Shown: in pieces, positions 1-12,628 of the stretch | How the letters are laid out: each line of letters starts with the position of its first letter | Numbering within the stretch: position 1 is the stretch's first letter | Origin: Cenococcum geophilum | Taxonomy: Eukaryota | Assembly (NCBI GenBank): GCA_050273025.1 | Contig: CP158636.1 | Location: 9,238,001 to 9,302,000 of the forward strand | Direction: 5' to 3' | Length of the DNA stretch: 64,000 bases | Notes under the pieces: generated by a model | What the model was told of the DNA's origin: nothing | The model's database searches: none | Seen by the model: only the letters and a program-made list of their open reading frames with translations | Translations under genes and position numbers: made by a program

Positions 1-2758
1 TAGATTGCTAATAGATGGGGCTATAGCTAAGGGCGTTTTCTCCTTACCTTACTTAATCTCGATCTTATAGTCGTATAAATAGTAAGGTAAGAGTATATTA
101 GACGCTGCCTTAGAGAATACGTCCTTAAATTTCTAGTATTAGGGGGGGGTAGTTTTTAGTCTACTAGTTCCTTATCTATAGGCTCGCTTTTTTATCCGCT
201 AAGCTTACTTTCTTTTTCCTTAATTTTTTAATTAATTTTATATAAGCTGGTTATAAAGGTAATGGTATTAAGCTAAACTAAGTTCTGGTAGAATCCTACG
301 GCACTAATATAGCAGATATTAACTGATAAGAGGTCCGTAGGTTTCTTTGCGGATATTTATAAGGTTATATTTTACAGTATAGAGTTTATAGTCTTCCTTA
401 GCTTACGTTCCATTTTCTATAAGTTATCTTTCCTATTTGTTAGTTTTATATAACGTCTAATATTTCTAGCTTTCCTTTATAGCTACGTAGGGCCTAAGTC
501 CTTTATAGGTAACTTAGCTAGGTTACTACTAACTTTTTAAGTCTTTAGTGTGGGTAGCGTAATATAGCTAGTATAGGGGCGGTATAGTATACGGATCCGT
601 TACGGATTAAGCTATATATCTTTTTTTAAAGGCCTAGTCCCTACGTATAGCATCTGCCTAGTAAATAGTATTAATCTAGGGCTATACAAGGTTTTCTATT
701 ATAATGCTGATTTCTTTTATAAAGGAAGGGGTTAGGGGTAAGGTTTTAGGCTAGATAAGCCGCTTACTCTATACGTTAAGCTATAAGCCTAAATAGGCTA
801 GCTATTTTCTTTTTAAGATTATATTATAGCTTCCTAGGTCCATAATAAGGAGGGGGATATTATATTACCTTCGTCTATTAACATGGAGGTAAACCCGTAA
901 GATAGTTATAATAGGTAGCCCTATCTGTCTATTATACCCGTAAATAGGAATTAGTTTGGGTAGTTCTTTAAAAAGTATATTTAAAAAATTAGCTAGCTTT
1001 ACAGTATACTAGGTGTCTATTAAGGCAAAGGTATTTGCTTTAGAGTTAGCTAAAGTAAAGGTTAAAACTTAATATTTATTACGGAATAAAGTATAAGGGA
1101 TAGTATAGCCTTTTCTATTAACTAGCTGACCCAGATTAATATATAACATATTAATCCCTTTTAATCCCAGAGAGGAGTTTTTTTAGAGTTCCCCTTTTTC
1201 TAACTCCGCGTTATCCTCCTAAATTAATAAAACCTTATCCGCTTTTGTGTTTATTAGGTAGTTTTTTATAAAATAGTTTTTTTTAGCCGTATAAAAAGCA
1301 AGCTCCTTAATTGCTAAGAGCCTATCTATAGGGGTCGCTATATATTGGCTAGGTATACACTAAACCTATAGTAGGACTAGCTGCACAGCTTCCCGTTTAA
1401 TTGGCTATAAGTTATACGGTTAGTGCTATAGGTGTTATAGGTTATACTAGGGCACTACGGGCCGTCCTTATACTACTTATAGTCCAGTTTAAAGGGTTTC
1501 TAGCTTTATACCCCTTAGCGCGTACCTTAATTTAATAAAGGCCTTAGTTAATAACTAAGCATTAATCTATAAGTTCCTTTAGCGTCTATATAGTAGTAAA
1601 AACTAATAACACGGCTTGCTGTAGGTCTAGCGTAAGCTTATTAAATAGGTCTGGCAGTAGATCTTCCTAGGAAATTTATACCTAGCCAGCTAAGTATAGA
1701 AAGCGGGTTTAGAAGGCCAAAAAAGTCTCTATTGTTTTTATATTTAGGCTTTTATAATTAAGGCGGGCGTTTTATACCTTAAAGGGGTCCTTATAAATAG
1801 AAGATAGGTACTCAATTATCTCTTCTCTAGAGAGGAAGGGGTTTATTAAGTCCTAGGCGTATCGTGGATATAGGTACGTCTATATATCTCTACCAGTACG
1901 GCTAAAGATATAGGCTATTTTAGCCTAAATAGTAGGGAAGTAGTCCGTATTAGCTTTAAGCTTATCCTATAATTAAAGCTTCTAGTTATTAAATATAGGG
2001 TCGGTTCCGTCTATAAGTAGTAGGGGGTCCGCAACCTTCGCGGACTACAATAATACTAATGCTATACGTTAGGCTAGGGCTTTAAGGACTATAGCGAGTC
2101 TCTAGGTGTCTAATAACTTATTACTAGGTATAGGGTATTATCTAGCTTTAAGCAACTCTTAAAGTCGTTTAATTTTAGTATTAGCTGCTATAAGCTCCAC
2201 CTAGGAGCTTAAGTTAGTTACTGTTTTACTATTAGAGGTATTTAAGGGTCCTATAGCTGCTTTACTAACTACTGCACTTCTTAGCATAGTAGTAGGGGTG
2301 TTAAGTAATTTCTAGTAGGTTTCTGCAGGGGTTCTAATCTATATATATCCTTTTAATTCTGTCCTATTCTTAGGGTCCTATTCTATTTTTATTATTTTAG
2401 TAATGTCCTTTAGGTCCGTTTCTGTGTCCTTGTCCTATTTATAGTCTATAAATATATTTAAGTTCCTTCTTAGGAAAAAAGGGTGGTTAAGCTTTGGATA
2501 ATATTAGTGACTTAGTTAATCAAGGCATGAGTATAGCAAGAGGGGCGCGCAAGCCTATATAAATAGTAGTCTATAAATAAGGATCTAAAGCTAGAGAAAG
2601 GAAAGGAGACAGAAGGTAGCGCCGCTTAACGTTATATATAATCCTCTAGTTACGTAACAGCAATAGTCTAAAACTGTGTAAAACTATCTACAATTATCCG
2701 CCACAATCCACTGGTATCTACTAGCTATAATTTACTAGTTTCCACCAGCGCCGTAATA
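1..2758 (-). mobile_element. RIP-degraded Ty3/gypsy LTR retrotransposon (element G): 5' LTR, gag, start of pol; continues beyond the window start
   Basis: LTR at 2502-2758 is the reverse complement of the solo LTR at 39751-40011. Minus-strand aspartic protease remnant (approx. TLADSGANTFALID after RIP reversal) near 1015-1060. Gag segment is homologous to 61650-61860. Confidence 0.8.
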
Positions 2759-2810
2759 TAGCGTATACTTAGCCTATATATAGTAACCCCTATAAATAGA
2801 CCTTTAGTAG

Positions 2811-3023
2811 GTCGCCTCCCTTTCGACCTCCGTCCGTCGCCTCCCTTTCGACCTCCGTCCGTCGCCTCCCTTTCGACCTCCGTCCGTCGCCTCCCTTTCG
2901 ACCTCCGTCCGTCGCCTCCCTTTCGACCTCCGTCCGTCGCCTCCCTTTCGACCTCCGTCCGTCGCCTCCCTTTCGACCTCCGTCCGTCGCCTCCCTTTCG
3001 ACCTCCGTCCGTCGCCTCCCTTT
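2811..3023. repeat. Minisatellite, 25-bp unit GTCGCCTCCCTTTCGACCTCCGTCC, about 8.5 copies
   Basis: Directly visible perfect tandem copies; the minus-strand ORF repeats every 25 aa (three units). Confidence 0.97.
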
Positions 3024-3085
3024 GCTCCTCCGCCGTCGTCGCAGGGGCGCCGCTGCTTATATACCCCCTGAGGACACGTCACCAC

Positions 3086-3642
3086 GACAACCAGTCTGCC
3101 ACAGAGCAGACGACCTCCACTACAACCCGTCTGCTGCAGAGCAGACGACCTCCTCTTCTACAACCCGTCTGCTGCAGAGCAGACGACCTCCTCTTCTACA
3201 ACCCGTCTGCTGCAGAGCAGACGACCTCCTCTTCTACAACCCGTCTGCTGCAGAGCAGACGACCTCCTCTTCTACAACCCGTCTGCTGCAGAGCAGACGA
3301 CCTCCTCCTCTACAACCCGTCTGCTGCAGAGCAGACGACCTCCTCTTCTACAACCCGTCTGCTGCAGAGCAGACGACCTCCTCTTCTACAACCCGTCTGC
3401 TGCAGAGCAGACGACCTCCTCTTCTACAACCCGTCTGCTGCAGAGCAGACGACCTCCTCCTCAACCCGTCTGCTGCAGAGCAGACGACCTCCTCTTCTAC
3501 AACCCGTCTGCTGCAGAGCAGACGACCTCCTCCTCAACCCGTCTGCTGCAGAGCAGACGACCTCCACTTCTACAACCCGTCTGCCGCAGAGCAGACGACC
3601 TCCACTTCTACAACCCGTCTGCTGCAGAGCAGACGACCTCTA
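3086..3642. repeat. Minisatellite, 38-bp unit TACAACCCGTCTGCTGCAGAGCAGACGACCTCCTCTTC, about 15 copies
   Basis: Directly visible, with a few shortened variants. Each unit contains an 8-bp inverted repeat CGTCTGCT-GCAG-AGCAGACG. Confidence 0.97.
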
Positions 3643-6183
3643 CCAAGGCGCACGGTCGCACCGCAGACGGACCGCAGACGAGCGGCAGATGCGTCGCTAG
3701 GGTGGCTATGGGAAGGGGGAAGGGGGCCGGCCCGTGTTCCTTTAGCACGTAAAATATAAGGTGTATAGGCGAATTGGTGTTTATACCCTATACAAGACAA
3801 CCTCGCGAAAATTTTCCTATGGGAGTGGGTTTATGTAACGAGGTTCGCCCTTATAAAATACCCGTTTTCTAGAACGTAAATCTAGGATTAGTAGGTTACT
3901 TTTGGGGAGAGTACCTACTAATTACTAATTCCCTACCCATTTCTTTAGCAAGGAGAAGTAATAGGGTACATTACCGAAAAAAGTCGTATAGGAATAACTG
4001 GTAGTTGTCTCCAAGCTGGCAAACTATTAAGAACCTTTTGTTTTTATATGCAAAAATATTACTAAATCTATCTTTTAGAGCGCTTTTTCTACTCTAGAAA
4101 CGGCAGAATACGGCAGAAATAGATAAAAGAGCCAGGATTTCCTTAGTGCGATCTTCTTGGTGTAAACTGGACCATAGTAAGCAAAATACCAGAACAAAAA
4201 CACCAATTTAGCTAGAGCTCCCCTAGCATTTTAACGGGCCAGAGTGTCCACTTAGCTACTAGTACATGTTAAGCTGCCTAGAAAGGATTCATGTATATAG
4301 AACTATAGCGCCATAGCCTAGAGGCTGCATGCGCAGTATTGTACGTAGTATAATACAATCGGATATAAAAAAAAAAAAAAAAAGACCTTTAGTAATTAAG
4401 GAGCTTGCTTTTTATATAGCTAAAAGAACTACTTTACTAAGGACTATTAGATAAAGATAAAAATAGATAAGGTTTTATTAATCTAGGAGGATAGTATAAA
4501 GTTAAAAAAAAAAGAGACACCTTAAAGAAAGACTTCTCTCTAGGGTTAAAAGGGATTAATATATTATATATTAATCTAGGTTAGCTAGTTAGTAAAAGGA
4601 GCTACACTATCCCTTATAATTTATTCTGTAATAAATATTAAGTTTTAACCTCTACTTTAGCTAACTCTAAAGTAAATACTTTTACCTTAATAGATACCTA
4701 GTACTGTGACGGTACTAGGGCGCGTTACTTACTAAATTCAACTATATATCTGTTATATTCTACTAACCCTAACTTCTACTAACTAATTAGGATTTTCTAC
4801 CCCCAGGATGGAAAATTGCTATTAGCTCGCTTACTACTAGCGCCTTAGCGATCCCTTTATATTTGCGTTAACCCCTAAGGACCTTTCTTTTCTTTTTCTT
4901 TTCTTTAGCTTAGTATTTTTATATAGTAGTAATCTATAAGCTTTATCTTAGAGGCATTTATATAAGCCCGTTATATTATACTAATTTCTCCCTATACTGC
5001 CTAGAAAGCCTTAAAAACATCCTACTCTAAAAGGACCTTTATCCGTAACGATGCGTTAATACATTATATTTAGATAATAAAAGTTACTCTCCCTATACTG
5101 CCTAGAAAGGCTTTTTAAAATATTTTACTTCATAGGCTTGACTGTACTTAACCTATATACCTAAAAGAAACCTAGACTTAAAACTAGATTATATAATTTT
5201 AATAAACCCTAGAGGCTAATAATAGCACCTAAAGTAAGCTTATTTAAGAGAATTGCTATTACCTAAAGGAAACTTCAGATCTAGTTAGGATTATTAATTA
5301 AAGACAATAATAGCGCTATAGACGTATATAAGTAGATTTATGCCCTTACGGCTAGCTAGAAAGCTAATTATTTTAAAGTAAAAAATATATAAAAGACCCT
5401 ATAAGAGATTCTAAAAGCCTTATAGCCCTATAAAATAGCTTAGCTTCCCCCCTTTAAAGCCCTAGCTAACCTATTTACCCTATTAAATATAATATATTAG
5501 AGAGTATAGATATAATAATAAAGTAATTAAAATCTATTAAGCTCTCTAACCCCTAACCGCTATCTAATAGAATAGACCCTACCTTTAAGAATTAGAGGAT
5601 TGGAATAAAAAGAAAACTCCGCGTTAATAATAACCACTTCCTCTCTAAAGCAGCCAAAATGCTCTACCTTTTTAGTTAAACTACTAAAAGTGCCTAGTAT
5701 TACCTTTAGGCCAAGTTTAAGGACAACTTTTCTACCTAGTTTATATCTATTAGTAAGATACTATAATATTTAGCTATTATTTATATTAACTTAAATAAAG
5801 TATAAAATACCTAGTATAACTATAATCGCCTAATAATAAAACCGAACTAACCCTTTACTAAATTTTAGATTTAATTCCTATATCTTATAGGAGGAGGCTA
5901 GGTTCCCCTTAAAAATTACTAATTATACCTATATAATAACATAATAATTAGGCTATAAGAGAAGATTACTATAACCTTAAACAACCTACTAACCTATAAA
6001 GGACTTACGGCTTATTACTTATTATTAGATTTAGAACTAAAGCGAATTAATATCCGCTCTAATTAATAAAAATAAGCCTATAATAATTAAAACTTATTAG
6101 CCATACCTATAGAAGTTAGAGTAGGAAGATAAGCTATAACTACTCTTGCGCTAAAAGTAGTTATAACTATAAATATATAAGCT

Positions 6184-6521
6184 TGTGAGGGCGTGAAGAG
6201 GCTTTAAAGGAGATTTGAAGGAATAATATAAATTCTATCCAAATCTAAGGGTATATAGCTCTTGCAGAGTACAAGACGTTGCGTAAAGAAGAGAAAGATA
6301 TAACGAGAGAATCTTATAATTAAATAGTCAGGGGTCTTAGTGGTCGATGCGTGCGCACGCGGTCTTCGACGGACTTTGGTAGAATTCGAATTGATCTAGC
6401 AGAACTTGGCAGAAGTCGATCAAGCTAGCAGAATTCGGCAGAATTTGGTCAAAGCGTCGGGATTTGTCTGTCGAGTGTTTCACCGAGACATTCCTACTAT
6501 AACTGGGTTAGTCCCGTTATA
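6184..6521 (-). mobile_element. Solo LTR inserted in gag of element A
   Basis: TGTGAG...GTTATA termini; 5-bp TSD AAGCT/AAACT (one G>A difference); the site is uninterrupted in element C at about 14025. Orientation inferred from GCAGAA motifs that are the reverse of those in the C LTR. Confidence 0.7.
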
Positions 6522-9500
6522 AAACTTTGCCTAACCTATTATATACTACGCCTTTAACTAATATTTGCCGTAATACTCTAATTAACCCTACTACGGTTAT
6601 ATACTACAGCTATAGAAAGGATAGTTACTTTACCTTATCTTACCTAGAGCTAAAAATAAATAGGTAATATTAAGGAAATAGAGAAAGAAGAAGCGTTTAA
6701 TAAGTTAAAAAAAAGAACTTTAGGGGAAAACTCCTTTCTAGAGTACCCTATTAATTTTAAAAAGATTAACCTAAGTTAGCTAATAGGTAGTAAATACTTT
6801 ATAACCTTATATATAGTATCGTAAAATAGATATAGAGTTAATGCTACTACCCTTAGTAATACTAGAGTAAATAGCTTTACCTTTAAAAATACTACAAATA
6901 TAATTAATATTACTAAGTTTCTAAATATAAAAGTTATCTAACTAGAGAAACCTATTCTAATAAAAGACTATAGTAGTTAAGCTGGTAAGCTAGTTACCTA
7001 TATTTTAGGGTTATATATCTCTCTTAATAGACAATATTAATATAGTATTTCTTTTTATATTTTAGACCTAGGGTCCTATAATATAATCCTTCGCTAAAAG
7101 TAAACATTTTACTTTAATATTTAGTTAAATATATAATAAAGACGGTTTATCTAGCTAGAGGATAGATTAAAGTTACTCTTCTTTACCGGAGAAATCCGAA
7201 CTAATTACTAGATACTAGCTATAAAGGCTAACCCTACCTACTAGCAGAATGTTAGGGACCGCGATATAGCCTTTACCTAAGAAGACGCCTATTAAAAGGC
7301 TAGAATAAACTCCTATATACTAATAAAAATACTCTTTTAAGGCGCCATAGTTAAAGAGGACTCTACTTATAGAAGTAGGACGGATAGTAATATAGAAGAC
7401 TTTTAAATTATAGAAATTTAACTAATATAAAAGAGAACCTACTAATAGAATATAAGAGATGGCCTTAGGAAGATATAATAGGAGCTAAAAAAAGGAATAA
7501 TATAATTAATACTCTAGAACCTAAAGTTATATAACCCCCTAAACTACGCGACCCCCCTATAGTAGATATTACTATAATTAGTGCTATAGAGTTCTACTTT
7601 AATATATACTAGTAAGATAATAAAGTCTTTATAACTAGCTTATATAAAATTAACTAAATTCTTAATAAAAGAGAAAAAGGACTATCTAAAGAAACTAATA
7701 AGAAGCGAGTTAAGCGCCTTTTTTTTACTATCAACTTAGGATATAAGGACGTACGCTTAAAGACGGCGTCTAACTAGCTACCCCTTTACTAAACCTATAA
7801 CTATAAGATCCAATTAAAGGCAAATAACTTCCTAGTATATCGCCCCCTTTACTAGTAAACTATAAATAAACTTAAAGTAATAAAGTAATACCTAATTAAT
7901 AATTTTAATAAAGGGTTTATCGAGCTACGCTAAGCCCCTTTTACTTCTCCTATTTTATATATAAAAAAACTTAATAGCGGCCTTTGTTTTTATATTAACT
8001 ATTAAAAGCTAAACGCTATTGCTTAAAAGGACTAGTACTTTATTCTATTAATTAATAAGACCTTTATATGCCTAAGTTGGGCAAAAATCTTTATAAAGCT
8101 TAATATCCGCTAAGCTTTTTATTAAATTTATATAAACCTTAACGTAGTTGGCAAGCTAATAGGCTATACAAGCCTCCAGGCCACCCCTATCAAAATCGTA
8201 AAAGACGCAACGCGTTACTTAACTATTACTTTAATGACTACACCACGATAAGAAAAACCCCTTTTTTAAGAGGGTAGACTTATTCTAGCTCTTAATGCTC
8301 ATAATTAAGGCTAATTCTTAAGTTTCCAATCTGCTGTAAAGACATACAATGTGCCCTAAACTACAGCCTAGTAACGCAACAAAGGCATTAAACCAAGACG
8401 CGGTTCTATTGCCCTAAATCGCCGTCTTACACCAGTATAAGAAGAGAGCCTTAAGCAGTGGATTCTATTAATAGATTAACGCGGTATACTACCTAGGGTT
8501 GTTATAATATAGTAGATGGCTAGCCTTTTAGCTACCTAGTACGCCAAATGGTAACTAGTTGGCGAGCGATGGGTACATAACTTTATTAAGCGCTATAATG
8601 ACCTATAATCTAAATAGAATCGCAAGTATAACTACTAGGATGCTAAATATAAGGATCCTATACTTATTTAGGCCTAGTTTAAACGCGTTTAAGATATAAA
8701 AATTTAATATAGGATTCTTAACGAGGATATTTAGAATTTTAATAAAACTGGCTATTAGATAGGTGTTATTATAACTATAAAAGTTATTACTGGAACTAAT
8801 AGGGCTGGCCGGCCTAGAATAGTACAGCCAGGAAATTAAGAATAGGTTATAATTATTAAATATATTAATGCCCTAGGGGTTATAATTCTACTACTAGTTA
8901 TTTTCAAGGCAGTAATATACTAAGCTACTTAGTATAAGGACGATATTATCCCATATAACTGGTTAGTTGGTATTAGCGATAATAGCTAAATAATAAATAA
9001 GATTGGCCTAACCTAGTTAATAGAGGTCTTTAATAAGCATATAAAGGATTATACGGTTAGCACGCATCGGCTGCTAGTACTAGATAGCCACAACAGCTAT
9101 ATATCGCCTAAATTTAATCAGTACTATCTGGATTATTAGATAGTCGTCCTTTATATACTAGCGTATTCGTTATATCTACTGCAGCCACTAGATATAGGCT
9201 GTTTCTTAGTCCTTAAGTAATTATACGGACGCCTCGTTAAACAGCTTATAGGTTATAGTGTTAACTATATTAATAAACACGAATTTCTGCCACTATATAG
9301 GTAGGCTAGGCATATAGCCATTTATTAGAATAATATACTGACAGGATTTATAGCTACTAGCCTAGTTCCATATAGCCCTAATCGCGTACTAGCATAGCTA
9401 CACACCGAATATTAGACGCTATTACCCCAACGCCGTCCGTAGTTAAGTGCATCCCAGGCACCTAAAACACCCTATAATATTACTAAGCTATAACAGCAGA

Positions 9501-12500
9501 CGGCCTTGCTAAGGCGCTATTCTTAAGCGGCGTATGTATAGCCTACTAAGTCTAATAGAACAAGCCCTTAGCTAGCTTATTAAGGGGTGCGAAATGGCAA
9601 TGTTAAGTACTATCCTGCTTATAAGTGAAAATAAGAAGCTATATATAGAAAACCAGCGCCAGAAAAGAAAGAGAGCACAGCGTCGCACGTATATAGCTAA
9701 GGGGGGTATTCTATTAGGAGCAGAAGGCCTATCTCGTGCACAAGCTGCCCAGAAAACGGTAGTAGAGGGGGCAGTAGAGGCAGCGGCTGAGCGACCGTAA
9801 CGGGCAGTACGTAAGTATAGCATGTGCAAATTAATAGAACATAATGCACGTACGTGCCCTAGACGTCAAATTATTACGGACGCTTTAAGTACAATGTTAC
9901 GACTACTTAGAGAAGAGTTGGAAAAAGCTAGTTGGTTAATTTAAGTACGGTCTAAGATGGAACCGATAGAGCTATATAATAAGGAATGGTAACTAAGGTC
10001 ATATAACGTGATCTATATAATTTATAAGATCTATATAATCCGTAATAGAGTAAATAAAGTACACGTACATTATATACAAGAAGGATTTTATAGTAGTACG
10101 GTTGTGTATTTAAGGACCCTTAGTTCTTACCTAGATAGTTCCTTCCTTATAGTAATTCTTAGAATACAATTAGAGTTAATTTATTAGGCAACCACTCCAC
10201 CAGTTATTATTACGTTGTTAACTTTAATTTATATCACCTATATACCTAGTCTAATAACGAGCCTATTATAGTACTTACTATAAGGTTCTGTTATATAATT
10301 ACTACCTAGTTACGGTATTAAATACAGAAAGTTAAACAATATGCCACTAAAAGCAGCTACTATAACGCCATTGACGGCGGCAACTACTTTAAGGTTAGAA
10401 GGTAACACTAGTATAGCAGATACTAACTTATAGCAACCTATAACGGTCGGACAGTTATAAGAAATAGTTAACTAGTTAATAACTAATAATACGGCGCTAG
10501 AAGAAAGGGTTAATAGGATTAGAGCAGTAAAGATTAAGTTACTATTAATTAAGAGGTACTTAGGAGAAAGATTAAAGCTTAAAGGATTCCTTATATAAAT
10601 GCACTTTAAAGTTATATAAGAAGGAGTAAAGCTACTAATACCTATAGATCGAATAGCCTATACGGGACTATTCCTATTAAGAAGAGCACTTAAGTAGTTT
10701 AAGCCTTACCTTATAGAAATACAGGCAAATAAAATAATAACCACTAATTAGGAGGTATAATTTATATTCTTAAGCTAGGAAGGATTTACGGAGCGATTTA
10801 TATAAATATTTAGAGATCTAGAGGTAGTAACTACGGCGGAAAGAAAACTCTAAGATATTATATAATAAACCTTAGCAATTAAGTATATAACGCAGTTCCA
10901 GACGTTAGTAATATAAGTTAAGTAGAATAACAAGGCGCTTATAGCACAGTATAAATAAGGACTTAAGGCTAAAGTCTAGGACGTAATTATTCTAATAAAT
11001 GATACGGATACCCTACGGGAGTTAATAAATTAAGTAATTAAGATTAACAATTGGATCTACTAAAGGGAACAGGCTAAGAGAGGTTAGGATAGAGTTCTAT
11101 AGTTATATAAGGCGTAGAGCACGCAATAACTAAAGCTAAATTAGAAATTATAGTATAGCGTAGAGCTAATAGACCTAAGTGGTACTAAAGAGGCCCATAA
11201 GAAGTAAGAAACTATAAAAACCTAGAGGTTAAAGATCTAGTAATTATAGAACTAAGAAGTAGAGGCTAAACTAGGGATCTTAACAGCAGAAGACGTTTAG
11301 GCGGACTCTATAGTAAAGTTAGTAGTTTAAAGATAGAGCTTATATAAATTGCAGGAAATAAGGTTATTTTATAAGGGATTATAAAGATAGTTAGAGTTAT
11401 TATATAATAAAGGGAACCAGACTAATAGTAGAAGACATATATATATAAAGGGATAATAGTATACTACAAGGAACAAAAGAGTGTTTAATTAGAAGTTTCG
11501 TATTTTGTTATAATAACGCCTACCAAATTTATAAAGACGCTAAGTATAGTGTAAGCCATTGGCTATAGGAGCCAAAATCCTTAGAATATAGGGGAACTAA
11601 TAAACTATTACGCAGATCGGATATTAAAGACGACGAGTTTAATATAGGCAAAACATTTACAGACGACAAGGCAATAAAGGCAGCTTACTAGGAGCGTGTA
11701 AACCTTAAAGAAGTCACATTAAAAGCAGAGACTGAGACCGCTATAAAGTAAGGTTTAGTAACGGGCATTATAACACTATTAGATACGGCATCTATCGCTT
11801 TATAAAACGAAAGGAAGAGTGTTTTATAGAGACTAAGCAAGCAGACAACTACTAGTGCTAATTTATTACTCGATAAAGGTAAAAGGCCAAAGGCTTAAAA
11901 TTCTTAAGACGAGATAAGAGATAACTAAGATTCCTAAAATAGGATAAGGCACGCTTAAGGACCTATAACGGACAGCAACTAATAGAGTAGAGCAATAGCT
12001 TAGTTTAAAGATATATAAATAAGCTTGGGATAGAGTTTCCTATAGGTATAAGATTCTTAAGATAAGATAAGTGAGATTTAAAACTCTTAAGATAAGATAA
12101 GAATACCTAAGCCTAGTTAGACTAAGGTAGGAGCTAAGCTTAAGACAGAAGCCAGCTTAGGACTAAGAATCCTATAGAACTAAGACTTTAACGTATAAAT
12201 AAGGACCACTAACGAGATTAAAAAGTAAGAAGACTTTAAGGATCTACTTATAAGACGCAAAAAGAAAGAAACCATAAAGGAATTCAGAGTAAGAATTACC
12301 TTATAGTAAGATTAGAAACTAGATAAGAGATTTAGTACACTAGGCCGTATAAGGGACAAAGCACCTATATAAAGGATTACTAATAAATATAGGATAGGTA
12401 TACTAAGAGTTAAGTAGCTTACCAAACTAGAATAAGAAGAGGATTTAGGGATTTTAACTAGGTTTAAAGAACAATATATAAAAGGCTGTTATAATATAGT

Positions 12501-12628
12501 AATAAAAAGATACTTCCTTACGGATAAGCCGTATACACTTAAAGGGTTATACTAAAAGTAGTATAGATAACGACATAACGACAAGTAGGAAGATTTCTAT
12601 ATATAGTTAGATAAAAAAGTTGTCTAAG

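Larger units (their letters stand above)
2810..4382 (+). mobile_element. Non-coding poly(A)-tailed retroposon (SINE-like or LINE-derived), about 1.57 kb
   Basis: 12-bp TSD AGACCTTTAGTA at 2798-2809 and 4383-4394; A-run at 4367-4383; no RT or endonuclease motifs recognisable. Confidence 0.8.
2759..4704 (+). mobile_element. Short plus-strand gag/pol-junction fragment of the G-like family (2759-2809 plus 4383-4704), split by the poly(A) retroposon
   Basis: The two parts joined align to the reverse complement of about 1005-1360, which shows the empty insertion site. Confidence 0.75.

Noticed and set aside
2804..3085. 93-aa Arg/Gly-rich ORF
   Set aside because: Translation artefact of the 25-bp minisatellite.
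3086..3642. CRISPR-like array (palindromic ~38-bp repeats)
   Set aside because: Units are directly tandem with no unique spacers, there are no cas genes, and the context is eukaryotic.
3022..3759. 245-aa repetitive ORF (possible RiPP precursor or repeat protein)
   Set aside because: Starts at TTG, has no signal peptide or Kex2-delimited cores, and the 38-bp unit is not a multiple of 3, so the peptide cycles through frames. It is open only because the repeat lacks stops.
9572..9829. Short ORFs on both strands
   Set aside because: The plus-strand one is a surviving piece of the pogo transposase C-terminus and the minus-strand one is its shadow.
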